From Octopus sinensis (taxonomy: Eukaryota), in assembly GCF_006345805.1 (NCBI RefSeq), contig NW_021825323.1:310001-374000 (forward strand): a stretch of 64,000 nt of DNA, given 5' to 3'. Both the position numbers and the translations under genes were made by a program. Numbering within the stretch: the first letter of the stretch is position 1; each line of letters starts with the position of its first letter. Below, piece after piece: positions 37,961 through 50,922 of the stretch. A model generated the notes under the pieces. It was given only the letters and a program-made list of their open reading frames with translations. It was not told the origin of the DNA and ran no database searches.

Positions 37961-38298
37961 TCTAATTGCAAAAAAAATTTGATAATTAATAGAAAATAGG
38001 CTAATAAGAACACACGATTTCATTATAAAAGTTATAAAAGCTATCAAAAATAGTAATCATTATAAAACATGTCAAATTAAAAAAAGGATAGGCGTTCAAT
38101 AAGTTGTTTGTCCCCACTGTATTAGGAGTATGAGGCCAGATTCTACACGTGCCATAAGTATCTATTGCCTCCTGTTAAGGAAAAATTCTTTTAAATAGTG
38201 ATTTGTCAGAAAAAACAATTAGAACGAGATGATGAAACTAACTATTTACGAAATCATTGTTTGAAGATATATAATTAATCAGGAAGCGGCAGTAGTAA

Positions 38299-41200
38299 TC
38301 AAATGCTGTAAATCTGTGATAAAATAGATGCAGTATCATCGGCCAACACGAGCATTGCTTGATCGACCAGTCCCTCCTTAACTGCAACGTCTGTTTCTTC
38401 ATAATTGCGCCACCGTCTTGCTTCCTGGAAAAGTTCCGAAATCAAAATTTGTTCGACATGATCGATTCGCCTGCCGGTTTTTAGTTTGATTGGAATAAAT
38501 TCGGCAAACACAGTCTCAACCACTGCTGTTTCCACAGCATTTTCAAACTCCTCAATTGTAGAAGGTAGACGACACTCCCGGGAACTGCGACGACCACCGA
38601 GCGAACTGAGTACTCGCTTTCTCGGCAGCCAAGACCAATTCAACTTTTTACTAACTTGTGCCGTTTTAATATAGTCATTAATGACCATAATAACCTACGA
38701 TTAACAAATACTCAACGCACAATGTCGTCCACCAATCTTTCACTGCTGTCATTCCAAGTGAGAGGCAGAGATTCCAGTTCGTGATCTGCGGCGACTAATA
38801 ACGGCCAGGCATGTCGCGCAAATGTTCTACATCGGGAAACAACCATTTCTCTCTCGACGAAAGGGAGAGTGGGCGTTGGAGAGACCGATTCATCAATGAG
38901 TGTTATTTCAATCTCGTCGGGAGTACACATTTCATGTTCTTTAACTGAAGGTATGTCCGTGGGGGGAGTGCCAAGGTGTTCTGATATTGAATCCTTAGAG
39001 TTCTCAGATGAAAGCTCGTCCAGTTCTATTTTGAGAGAGATTTCAGAATCATTTTGAGATAACTCCTCAACACTCAAACAACGAGTTTCTAATTCATTCG
39101 TAGAGAAGGAATGGATGGTTTCCTCTTTGACATATGAGTCACAAATAGGCGGATTCTCGCCAGTTTCTATTTTTTCATCATTCGGATGTAATTCATCGGT
39201 AGAAGTTAACTCGTTTTGGATATGTAGAAATATCTACAATGAGTAACGCTAAAATGCCTTGGGAATTGAACTGGTAGAAATGAATTGATCCAGAATGACC
39301 GTCATTTCTTCATAACGACAGTTTCTTTTCAAGAATTCCATCCGTTTTTCAATAAGCAAAACTGAATAATCGTCTAATTCTTGTTTCTCTGACATCATTT
39401 TCCTCTCAAGACGAGATATCCAATCGATTGCGTCACTTTCGCGAGTACAGTTTGTCATATTTTGCTGCAACCAAGCAATCATCAGTTTGTGATAGTTCTG
39501 CTGCAAGAAATTGAGACTCTTTAATGCATTTTCTATATCAGTTTGTGTTGGCTTATCATCGGGGAATTGTACCTGGCAACTGGCATCTTTCTTTTTAGTT
39601 TCTATTTCAGCATTTCCCTTCGATTTTGATAGATTTCCCAATTCTGCCAATGATTTTTCAAGAGAGTTTAAATGTGATAATTCCACTGAAAATTTTGCAG
39701 CCAGACTAGTGGGGGAATATCTTAACGATTCCGTTAAGGATTCTCGGGTGTTGACTTGTTCTGTGAATGTATAACTGTCTTCCAATGATTCTTCTGTAAG
39801 CTCCTGTGAACGAGAAACATCTGATTCTTTTAGCGATTCGTCTTGCAAAACTTCGGGGAAATGGTTTAATTCTTGTATTGGAATATTTTGAGTATGATCT
39901 GATTGCAAAGATGAACAGCTATCCAACGGTGCAATTGATAGGTGAGGTTTATTTAAATATGTGGGATCAGGACTCTTCTTGGAAGTCAGTCGATTTGAAA
40001 TAATATCCAAAACGTTGTAATTATCTCTCAAGGCTCCTGGAAACGGGAGGTTTCCTTTACAGCTTCTCCTGTTTTCATGAAACTGCTTGTATTTAAACAA
40101 CAAAATATACAGAAATGCGAGAATCATTAGTGGTAGAAAGAAATGAATAAGGCTTGGCCTCCACAGTGAAGACTCTCTTCGGATGTCGTAATCCCGCTGT
40201 TGTTGATATCGCTTTGTTATCAGATGTTCTTGGGAGAATACTTTCAACCGCTTGAAATTGACAGATATTTTCAGGCTGAGATAGGCCAGTATCCACAGGT
40301 TGAGAGTGGTCATTATTAAATACAGTACGAGAAAGGCCAGTATCCACAGGTTGAGAGTGGTCGTTATTAAATACAGTACGAGAAAGGCCAGTATCCACAG
40401 GTTGAGAGTGGTCGTTATTAAATACAGTCCGAGAAAGGCCAGTATCCACTGGTTGAAAGTGGTCGTTATTAAATACAGTCCGAGAAAGGCCAGTATCCAC
40501 AGGTTGAAAGTGCTCATTATTGAATACAGTCTGAGGAAGGCCAGTATCCACAGGTTGAAAGTGGTCGTTATCCAGAGGTTGAGAGTGAACAGCATCCAAC
40601 ATAGGTTTTAATTGTTTCGCTGCTTGTTCAATTCCTTGTCGAATCAACCCGGCTTGTCTAATCAGTTCAGCCATTTTTTGATTTGAGTTATTTTTATTCA
40701 ATGTGCTGTAGGGCTGCGCAGACCTGACGGGGGAAATGTTAACAGTCAACTGATCAGTATTTGACGACGTGTCACTCGATGTAATGCAATCGTAAGGACG
40801 GTCAGGAAAGGCAGTGCGCAAGTATCCTTTATCTTTATGGATATTTTTGTATGCTCCCTTTTTAACTGGCTTTTCCTTTGACATTATTTTCCTAGCATTT
40901 TCGCACTGAACTTGATGGAGTTTGTAAAGTCGTCGTTTGATTTCCTCTCGATTCTGCATTATAACCAATTTATACCTTTATTTCTTGAAATTTTGCATTC
41001 TTAGCTTGTTCCTTTCTTTCTGAGCGCTTTCTCTGCATGTAATCGACCACTTCTTTAACACAATAATTACGACCTCTCCCATGCACACTCTTTGTCTCCT
41101 TCTTGACTGTGGGACTATCGAATATATTTATAATATTCACCGAGTCCTCACAACATCCTCATTTGACCAATGTGACAACTTCCCCACAGGTTTCAAAAAT

Positions 41201-41780
41201 TCCGCGGACTTACAGCATTTGCTAGACTTAGTGCTATTTCCCCGAGTAATAATCTTTTTAACCAATCTTTCCCCATCTCGCCATGAAAATGGCGTTATTG
41301 GAATTTCCGGCGGTTTTATTTCGTCTTGCTGAATACTTGCAGAACTTTCTCCCGTCACTGCTTTGATTTTTCGAACTTTTCTTTTTGGCGGATAATTATC
41401 AGGATGGGTTTGGTCGACTGCGGGAACAAATCGATCACTGAGAGCGACTTTCCTCCTCACGTTTGGAGAGACTGAGTTGCATTGTCGGGCTACACATTCG
41501 CGTAATTCTTGGAAGCATGGTTCTGCCTGTTTGATGTGAGTTTGTTGTAAATTATTTTCGTTGGATTGGACAATTTCTCTTACAAAATCGTCGTTGATAC
41601 AATGAATGGAAGACATTTGGAAGTTTCCCTCACATGAACGACTCCTATGTCTCGAAGAGTCATCCTAATATTTCCAATTAATGTTTTACGTTATATAAAC
41701 TGTCGATACTCGTTCGTATTCGACTTACACTTTTGTGTAAATCTGCGAACTGACAATTATAAATAGTAAAAGCCTACCAT
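38299..41780 (-). CDS. CEP350: CEP350 (CAP350)-like centrosomal protein, strongly shortened, multi-exon
   Basis: C-terminus RIDHVEQILISELFQEARRWRNYEETDVAVK..DDTASILSQI and internal SLAAKFSVELSHLNSLEKSLAEL resemble conserved CEP350 blocks. Putative ATG-only first exon at 41778-41780; short introns. Confidence 0.7.
40283..40587 (-). repeat. 51-bp coding tandem repeat (~6 units of QPVDTGLSRTVFNNDH[S/F]) inside the CEP350-like gene
   Basis: AGGCCAGTATCCAC recurs at 40283, 40334 and onward with period 51. Confidence 0.97.
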
Positions 41781-42929
41781 TAAATTAACTGCGGAGGATT
41801 GGGGGGTTTCTGGCTTTCCAGGTTTGATTTCTCCTTCAATATTAGGTTTATTCGATTATTTACTTTGTTTGTTCCTCATATTCGATTTTTTATACATAAG
41901 TTTGCCACATTCCATGGAAATATTTATTTATTTAAGTCAGGAAATACTTAATCAAATGAATATTTTTTTAATTTACCTAAACGGATTTTGTTTAACATTT
42001 TTTTGAAACATATCATAGGCCTTCTAAAAACATCTGGCAATTCATTTTCATAAAAGGTTAAAGCAAATTTTGGTACTCTTAGGTTAGCTACATACCATAA
42101 CAGTATCCAAATTTCTTATTCTTTAGAAGCTTGAGAGGATTAGTCTTGAGGGAACTCTTGAATAGCTGTCTACTTTCTAACAATTGCAGTTTTTATGTGA
42201 TAATAAATCAGGGTTAATAATTAACTAATATCTTCCAAACTCATCACAGGCCTGCTCAATTTTAGATTTCAGGAAATAGAGCAACCAATCAATTATATTA
42301 TTTCGCTAGTCTGTTTTGTATTCGTGAGTTTTCAATCGATAAAACGAGTGGCTTCACGGCGAAGTAGGTTTATGCTAATTTTTTAATTTTATAATAAAAA
42401 GAAAGTTTTTAGGAAATGAAAAAAAGCGAGGACTATTAGGAGCAGCGAATTGCTACGCAATTCTCGTGGATAATGGATAAAGAAACATGTTGCAACAGCC
42501 AGGTCACACGTTCTCACGTTCGAAAACCTTCCATGGAAATGAATTCACAGGGCTTTACCCCGAGAATGCTGCTGGTCTCAACAGCAATGGAAGTCAGCAG
42601 GAAGACTTACTGATGGCCGAGAACAGTCAAACCCCTCTAAACCGACTCCTTGGTATACGGAATTCCCTTAAAACTAGACTAAAATTCTAGTCCCCATTCA
42701 CCTCGTAGACCATTACTGCTATTTCATCTTCGATATACCCGGATTTCCCACCGCCAAATTTCGTGGTCCCAACTTGAATTTTTTATCATAAACTGGCCTT
42801 CTGATATCAATCTTTGATCTAATCTTATCAATCGCCTTTAACCTTGAATTACAAACAAATATATTGCGAACAACTCGACTAAAAATCGGTGTATTAGGTC
42901 AGCTTGGATGGACGTCTCTCTCTGCTTTA

Positions 42930-43400
42930 ATAAGTGTTGGTTAAATACTCCTTGGTATAAATACTCCTTTGGAAGCCACCGACCCAGGCTGTGCGTCGCT
43001 TAATAGCCGCTGGCTTCTTGCATGTCCGGCAGTCCAGGGCTACTAAGTAACTAACCGGCCTTTCCTTTATAACAGATAATTCTGTCGGTCCCAAGAGGAA
43101 CTGTTTTAAAGGGGTTTGACTGTATTTAGCGATTTTTAGTTTTTTGGCACCCTGCGTTGCGGATCTAGAGGAGCAGACAAAGTTAATAAAATTAGACTTT
43201 TCAAAAGAATCCGCACAAGTGACGTCCGAGAAGACAAGAGAAAGAAAAAGTATCATCCCATTGGGACGTTTTCCGTCTTTGTGGTCGAGGCGCACAGACT
43301 CTAGGACAGAACAAAAGCCTGCTAAATTGAGAGCTCTCCTGACAATGTCGTTTAACGCGAAGTGCTTTAGACTCGACAACATTCATGCCACGACAACCAC
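42930..43400 (-). pseudogene. CRE-clade RLE relic
   Basis: HFALNDIVRRALNLAGFCSVLESVRLDHKDGKRPNGM...DVTCADS. Confidence 0.85.
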
Positions 43401-43829
43401 ACATTTAGACCCAGACGGAGGCAAAACTCGATCTGGGCGGATTCATTATCCAAAAGGAATCCGGTGGAGGCCAAAAGGACAGCACCGAGCCAGTCGCCAG
43501 GATGAGTCTGACATGCAATGTTCAAGGCAGCTAGTTCAAGTTGGTCAGAACAAAAGTAAAAATTTTCCAGAGCGGAAGTAATATCAATTGCATCCTACTA
43601 TTTTTTATTCTCGGGAATTTCAAGTTTTAAGTCGAATCAGGTATCAAAAACGCCCACGGAATCTGACAAATCAAAAGGAAAAAAGAACAGAGCTTACAAG
43701 ATTGCTGAAATTATAGAAAGAGGCAAGGAAGGATTGAAGAGTCAAGTCCTTACAAAATCAGATTCCAGCAAGGCAGTTTAGCCCGTAACAGGCCATCGGA
43801 ATATAATTGCATGTTCCACGGGGAGTCTA

Positions 43830-44170
43830 TACCGAGGGAAATTCGGCCATCAATTTTGTACAAGCCCTCAGTCTTAACAAAACAAGGAGAAAAAATCGCA
43901 GTAAAAAAATAAATTTGAGCATAAAAAGATAATTTTTTGGAAGAAAGAGACCCAGATGGGCCTCCAGAGACGAAATACTATTAAGAACACAATTCAGCAC
44001 GAGTTCTTTGTTAAGGAGGGCTTTCATGATTCCATTCGGGTGGATTGGGAAATCGAAAATAGTAATATCTTCAATCTCTGTAAGCGAAAGGTCTTGGATG
44101 CTCCTGGAATGAGTAGTAAAGGATCTGGTAAAATTTGAAATGTCTTCAGCAGCCCTGGTTATCTGCACGG
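43830..44170 (-). pseudogene. CRE-clade post-RT relic
   Basis: LEAHLGLFLPKNYLFMLKF matches LESHLGLFLLKNYLFIPKF at 32720-32780. Confidence 0.7.
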
Positions 44171-44259
44171 TAAGGGAAATGCCAATTAATCTTGAATTAT
44201 ATTAAAAATGAATTTGAACCAAATTAATTAAGAATCTTTGTAATTATCAATTAAAATAC

Positions 44260-45504
44260 ATGTTAAGGACTTTATATTGCAAGGTGGATATATTTATTAG
44301 TTACTAAAAGGTAAGAATTCCACAATCTTGTCTATTGCGTCATGTGAGGACAGTCCATAACACAATCGACAACCACAAGTTAAACAATTCCCACTTTGAA
44401 TCGATTTCCATACCACCTCGTCCCCAAGGGAGTGAAATATCCCCAATAGTAAACTCACTGGGAGAAGAGACGATAAGTTCTGCGGGACTGGGGGGGTTAT
44501 CTCCCTCTGCTCTGTACAGACAAATGCTGGAACTAATTCACGTGCATGGATCTATTCCCTGGTGGGGAAGCATAATATGCGGAACCATAATAATCAGACT
44601 ACTGATGACCCCTCTGAACATCATTCAGCAGAGACTTGGGGCAGAGGCATCAAATAAGAGCGCGGAGATGGGGGAATTGTTGGGCAGACTCAATGACGCC
44701 GAAGTAGCGAATAATATGTTGGAAAGTAGTGATTGAATCACTAATTGTAGAATACAAGGTGACTTCTCAGCTTAAAAATATGCAAAATAATATTGGAACC
44801 CAAATATGCTTACTATTCGTACCGGTCTGAGTAGTTGTATCAATAGTAGATTCCCGTGTTCTGTTCTGTTTATTATGGCCTTGACAAAATGGCCGCTCTC
44901 CCTTTGCAGAGTCTGCGGACAGGGGGGCCGTCCTTCATGCCAGACCTGACAACTCACGACCCTCTCTTTATCCTCCCCACACTAGTCAGTGCTGGACTAT
45001 TACTTTCGATCAAAGTACTCTCCCACGAATATTCCAGTTGGCTCAGTCAGGCAACAGTCATATGACCGTATCAAAGTCCTATTCTGCCTTCTTTTACCTG
45101 ATTCCTTTGGTCGTCTTTTTTCTTATATTCAAATTCCCCTCTGTTCTATATTTCTTATATTTTCAGGCAATTCTTCTTCACTGGACTGTCTCTACCTTCT
45201 ACGGACTGTGCACAAGTTGTCTGTACAGACTGTCTGGTATCAGGCGCATGCTCAATCTCCCCACTGTTCAGAAGACTGAATTGAAGCCTAGTCAACAGTC
45301 GTTCTCAAAGGGCTTCATGGAGGGCTTTCGCGGGGGTATTTTGGGACTTTGATTGTCAAATTAGCCTTCGAAAGAGCTCGGAAGTCGAGGAGTGTGGAGG
45401 AACGTCTTCGGGATGACTATGATTCCTTCCAAAAGCTGGGATCTCAGCCCATTAGGGAGTCGTACATTCGCGACCCCACCAAGAAGAGAGGAAACAAGAA
45501 CTAA
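44260..45504 (+). CDS. OXA1L: Mitochondrial inner-membrane insertase Oxa1 (YidC family), multi-exon
   Basis: GLGGLSP..LELIH..IPWWGSII..IRLLMTPL, MAALPLQSLRTGG..DLTTHDPLFILP, FPS..LHWTVS and G..PIRESYIRDPTK. First intron 44284-44310 (27 nt). Confidence 0.93.
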
Positions 45505-45949
45505 TATTTATTCATAAAATTAAAGTTTTTTGTTTCCCTACTGAATTAGTAATCTATTCTAATTGAACTTTTCTTGTCCCCTAGGCAAGAAAATGGCTTT
45601 ATTGAATATGCCAGAAGCTGGATGCTGTCCTAACAAGAAATATTATTTCTGTTTGTAAAATATAGTTCACATTCTTTTCTATGGGAACCTCGTTTTTCAC
45701 AATACGATTTAACGCATGCTGGACGTTGAGTGAATATAGTGTCGATATTAACGGACTTGCTAATACGTTGTTATATAAATAGAGCCTTGAAATTTTACGT
45801 TACAGTTAGAACACAAAGCAGCTTTAATATTATATATTTTAATTCTAATGCGATCGAGGATGACATTTTCATCTTGCTCCAGCGAGATCAAGTGCATTTT
45901 ATAGCTTTATAAAGTTAATGATGGATTGATTAATTCAAAAGTACAAATT

Positions 45950-46100
45950 TTGAAAGAAAATAACAGATTATTTTCCACAAGTAAAAACGAAAGATTAAGA
46001 TCTTTAAATGATATTTAAAATAAACATGGTGTAGTTTTAAACTAATAAACGTTAATTTTTTGTTAATATCAAAAACACCGGTTTTGGGGGCACTAGGTGA
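45950..46100 (-). repeat. Fragment of the 6026-6538 MITE family
   Basis: Reverse complement CACCTAGTGCCCCCAAAAC...ATATTAAC.AAAAA.TAACGTTT matches 6047-6200. Confidence 0.7.
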
Positions 46101-46328
46101 GCTTGGACTTGTATTCCCAAATGTCACTTAAAATAATTTCCTTGAGACGAAAATATTATAAGTGTTCGAATACTAAAAAATCTTTTGACTTGGTAAATGG
46201 TAGGTAGTCGATATTTGAGGCAGCCTGTGATTATTCAGATGCCATAATGACTGAGTTAGTTAGAATATAAAATAGATATGGAGATATTAAGTTTAAACAT
46301 TTTTTTATCAGAAATTCAAATTAAACGA

Positions 46329-47069
46329 ATGGTGTTTGGTGAACATTTAAAAATTGTTAGTTTACATTATTTGGGGGGAGTGAATGCCCAGACTGGATAC
46401 TTGCGGAAATCGGTACACTATCGAGAATGGTATTGTTGGTAATTTGACACAGACCATTCTCAAATTCAAAAAACTGTGCTCTCAGCTTATCAAAGATATG
46501 CTTTCCGGAGATAACACAGTGCCTTGATTAGTCATATTTATAGATAACAAATTTGTTGCCACTTTTTGATCTTTCGAAATTTGGTATATTCAGAATGTTA
46601 TTTCTAGAGACCGAGGATATTGTGGCAATTTCGAATACTCTGCGATATATCCTTCATAATGCTACCCGCCATCAAATTAGTGAGGAGTCTCTCAACGAAC
46701 AGACAATGCAGCTCGGATTCCTAAAAGGTGTTCACTTGGATCATTTGGTAGAACATGCTGGAATACTCCGCACTGCCTACGCAGTTTCCTACGAAAATTT
46801 GCAGGACTTGTTGAGAAAGACGACATACAGATGTGCGTGCATACAACTGACTTGGCAGTTCCTACCATTGAATCCTTTGAATGTTGCCCGAAAGACGACG
46901 CGTGTCAAATTAGTTTTGATTTGGTTTCTCAATACGCCCCGTCACAAAAATTTGAATTGATGATAAGTTCAGATCAACTCGTGCTGCTTTGTGCTGGTCT
47001 GTACTTATTAAAACTTTAGAGTTGGAGGATGCCAGGGACTGCTTTGATTCATGTAATTTCTTTGACTAA
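46329..47069 (+). CDS. COMMD4: COMM domain-containing protein 4, about 8 exons
   Basis: M|FTLFGGSECPDWILAEIGTLSRM|TILKFKKLCSQL...YILHNATRH..SEESLNEQTMQLGFLK|EHA...L..ELEDA. Introns are 23-29 nt. Confidence 0.92.
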
Positions 47070-47205
47070 TACTTTATTTGAGCGTTATTAACATATAAAA
47101 CCAGTTGTGCAATACTAGTTAATAAACTTTATTAAAAATATGAGGATAACTTGCAATCAACGTTTATTTTGTGAAAATTCAGAGAGAGTGGTGGACCTTT
47201 ACAAT

Positions 47206-50200
47206 TTACAAAAATGCACACCTCTTCCCTACCGCTGGCACGTGATCTTGGGGATTAGGAGTCTTCAAGTCGAGTAGATAAGCTTCAATGTACGTTGTCT
47301 TCACGACAAGGCAATCTAAAGATGATGAATATAATTTCAACTCTTAACGTCGGGAGGAATCAAAGACTTGTCGTCAACAAAAATGTGAGTAAGTGGTCTG
47401 TCAGTGGATTCGATAAGACATCCTCCCCCGGCGAGGAGGAGTCGTTCAAGGCTGCATTTCTTGGATTGAGACGGGACGAGGACTCGACATACCCACAGAC
47501 TGAATGGGCCGACTAACTGAGAATAAACAAAAGGCATTATACATTGCACTTGATATGTTCACGCCAATGACAAATGGAATGGACAAACCTGGACTGAGCA
47601 AAGGTGAGTGCATCGATAGAATTACCCCATGAATGGGACATTTCCTGAAACCAATTAGTGAACAAATGACACATCGACAAGGAACGACGAAGAGTGACAG
47701 GCATAAACATAAGATTTTTGTAGGACCCATTTCCCGGCAGCAATGCAAGAGAGAGTTTTTTCATTGCGAGACAATTCCCCAGCCACCAAATGAGTGCACT
47801 CCTCTAAGTATATGCCAGTCTCGACCACACGAGCACCCAAACTCCTCAGTACAGTGCTACAAAATTCCTTCTCCTTTAAAGACATAGAAGAACATATAAA
47901 AACACACTCGCGAGACATCGCTCGCTCCAGTTCACTCAGATTCCCCACTAAAATATCAATTTGTGTTTACCCAAAGCTCCAGAATCGTTCAAGACCAGCG
48001 ACTCAAAGTGGGATAGTCGCTCCAATTCCTTTTCCGACACACTGTCACGAAGCCGCACCTCGAAGGAGGACGTTGGTTTGTCCGAAATATGCACGGGAGA
48101 GTCCATAACTCGACTAATGCTCGTAGTAGTCCTGTTGCGAGTCTCCTCAGCAAGCAAGTCGGTGAATTTATGAATGAGTGGCTTTTCAGTGTTCTTGTCA
48201 AATCAATATTACGTAATGTACTTGAACTGCCGCTGACAATGCTTTAGAGAAGTCTGTTGACAGATTCTATGATTTATATGACTGAACTAACCAAACGAGG
48301 AGGTTCCTCTTGGAGGATAGTGGTAGACACATCGAGAGCTCTGCACATATCAAAGGCAGCCCACATATTTACACAAATATTACCGACAGTCGAAGACCAT
48401 GTATTTTTGGGGACGTGGAGGATCTAATCAAAATGACATTCAGCAACTACTTTTTTCCCTTTTGAATGAGGCGATCTTCTTCTATCACACCCTTCTTGAC
48501 AACTCGGAATAGCCAACTAGGATAATCCCATATTTCATACTCGTGTGACACATTCGACTCACCGGGTCTGTCAGACAGAACCAATTTTGTTCTGAATTGC
48601 CCAGAAAATCCCTTCTCTCCAGAATTAACTACTCTGCAATATTGATTCGAACAATAAACAGTCCGCCATGAGTCTGAATAATCTGGATGTCAGCCTCCCG
48701 ACATAAATGGTCCCCAATACTCTCTTCGATGTCAAAAATGAACGACTCGAATAAACGAGCATTCGATATTGAGACTGGACGGAAATAAGGGTCATCTACA
48801 GACAAGAGGCATCTCGATTTTATGGAGCATTTCTACAATAGAAGACAACCACGTACAATCCAAATTTCAGTGACTACTTTAGAACTGTCGACATGTTCTT
48901 CGTTCGTTGCGATTAAACCAGTGACCAAATAGTCGTGGTGGAATGTGGATTGGAGACGACCCCCGTTTTTAAGTATCAGGTCAGTCAGAGAGGAACAGTC
49001 CACTGAAGAATGAAGTTTAAAAGTGAGTCCCTCGAACAGTCCCCCTTAGAATATAAAAAGTTATACAACCGTCGGCCGAATATTCAAACATGATATCATT
49101 CGCCTGAATATTCGAGCATTGGGAATTCAGAACAGGCTCGGATGACGTGAGGAGAGTGTTGTGATCACTAAACTCGCTCCACCTTGAGCAGCGATTATCC
49201 TCGAGTTGAATGTTCTCATTTAAAGATAAGTGATCTGCCCACGTGTCCCCTGCCTCACTCAATGGGACTTGCTGCGTGTCCTCCACTTGAATACAGCTGC
49301 CAGAAGTGGTGACAGAGTCGGCAATGTCCAGTTTCGGACTGTAGAGTGTTTCATCTGGGCAGTATGTGGATTGTCCACACGCATACAACCACGTGCAAGT
49401 CACGACCTTAATTTTCCACCGTCGGGCGCATTTGTATTTATCGGCTGGGAATATTAGAGATGAATACTAATTTTGGGGTCTTCTGGGACCACGAGATGTG
49501 TGCAGTCATTAATCTTCATAGTCCCCGTGTACTGTCCCCCTAGAATAGAACAGACCTCTGACCATTGCTTTCAATTATATTTTGGAGAGCATGACGGTCA
49601 CATGCCTCAAAGCCCGAGAGAGAAATGACGAGTCCAGACAGAGAGGGACATCTGAACTGTCGCAGATATACACGTGCATCCACGTCGCAACCTCCGTTGG
49701 TCATTTGCCACAATTCCTCGATAGCCGAAGGAACGACAACTTCCAACCCAAGTCTGCGCGCAACCTGCAAATAAGGCAAGAGATGTCGACAGCATATTTC
49801 TTGGAGCCCACCGAGTCGCATATCAAGTGAGTGACGTTGTCGGTTAGCGAATTAATGAACCTGCCCCCCATCAGTCGAATTCGTGATGACATTTGTGTCT
49901 GTCTATGAGAAATAGAAATCACCCTCGACTCAGTGGAAACTCCGGTGGACGTGAAGAACGTGTCGACAAGAGTGATTGTCATTATTGGATGGCCCAGTTT
50001 GGGGATTTGCTAATAAATCACATTATGAGAGATACAGAGTTTTGTTTGGCTGCCATGATTATGCACTTAGGGCCAATTATTCTAACAAATTAGCCACCAT
50101 TCACCTACCGCGACTTGATGCTCACCAGCTTTTCATATACCGGCCCGCTAAATTCTCCCATAATATAAATGGATGACTGGGAGGTGGAAGGGATAGAATC

Positions 50201-50330
50201 TCCATCCTCTATCAAACGAATGGACGCATCCTGAGAACTGAGTATCTGCAATCGCTGTCATTTTTGTACTTTATATGCTGATTTTAGGTCAGCACAACTG
50301 TTCTTGTTCACAAATATAAAGTTGAGTGAT
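47206..50330 (-). CDS. TOPBP1: TopBP1-like multi-BRCT scaffold, multi-exon; 5' end approximate
   Basis: VTHLICDSVGSKKY, FRCPSLSGLVISLSG..DRHALQNIIESNGG.YTG..DCTHLVV..KYKCARRWKI, and CTHLVAGELSRNEKTLSCIAAGKWVLQKSY (BRCT7-like). Confidence 0.9.
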
Positions 50331-50922
50331 GTCCTAGAATTCAATCCTATGTCAAATTTCAATTTATCATTTTTCATGTGATTTTAGTTCTAATAACGTG
50401 ATTTGGTACTTATTACACCACATAAACAATTTCAAAAAAGCAATTATCAATTAAGGCGGCAAATTATTTTCAATATTTTTTCAGTAATTAATGGAAATAA
50501 TATTCATACAAATAATATTAAGCTATTAATACAAATAATCAGTTTCCATTGCGATCTTAGGTGGCAACATCTCTATCATTAGTAGTTTCAGATCAAAACT
50601 AAATTTTATTTTAAATATAACCCTTTTTAATAATCATTATCAACATACAAAAACAAATAATTAATAGCAGTCTTCTATCAAAAATTCAAAAAACAGTTGG
50701 AAATCTCTCAGTCTCTCCCAAGTCTCTCAGTTATCTATAAAATGAGTAATATTGTCACAGATTTCGTATCACATAGTTAGCTGTGAACATTTTTTGTTCC
50801 ACTAACTAATAAGAGACTTCAAATATTACAGATGTTATAGACTGATCAAATATGCGAGACTGGTAATTAAAACCTTTTTTGATTGCATTTTTAATTTGAG
50901 TTAATTTTACCTCACTTTAGAC

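Noticed and set aside
20007-38674. Many antisense or overlapping ORFs in the track (e.g. 20007-20420, 29498-30052, 31802-32236, 38486-38674)
   Set aside because: They are shadows of real genes or GC-rich retroelement ORFs on the other strand, with no motifs of their own.
40283-40587. CRISPR-like array
   Set aside because: Contiguous 51-bp units with no unique spacers, in frame within a spliced eukaryotic gene.
17194-47069. General rule that all 3n introns contain in-frame stops
   Set aside because: True for the hAT introns and some copine introns, but two COMMD4 introns and one copine intron are 3n and stop-free.
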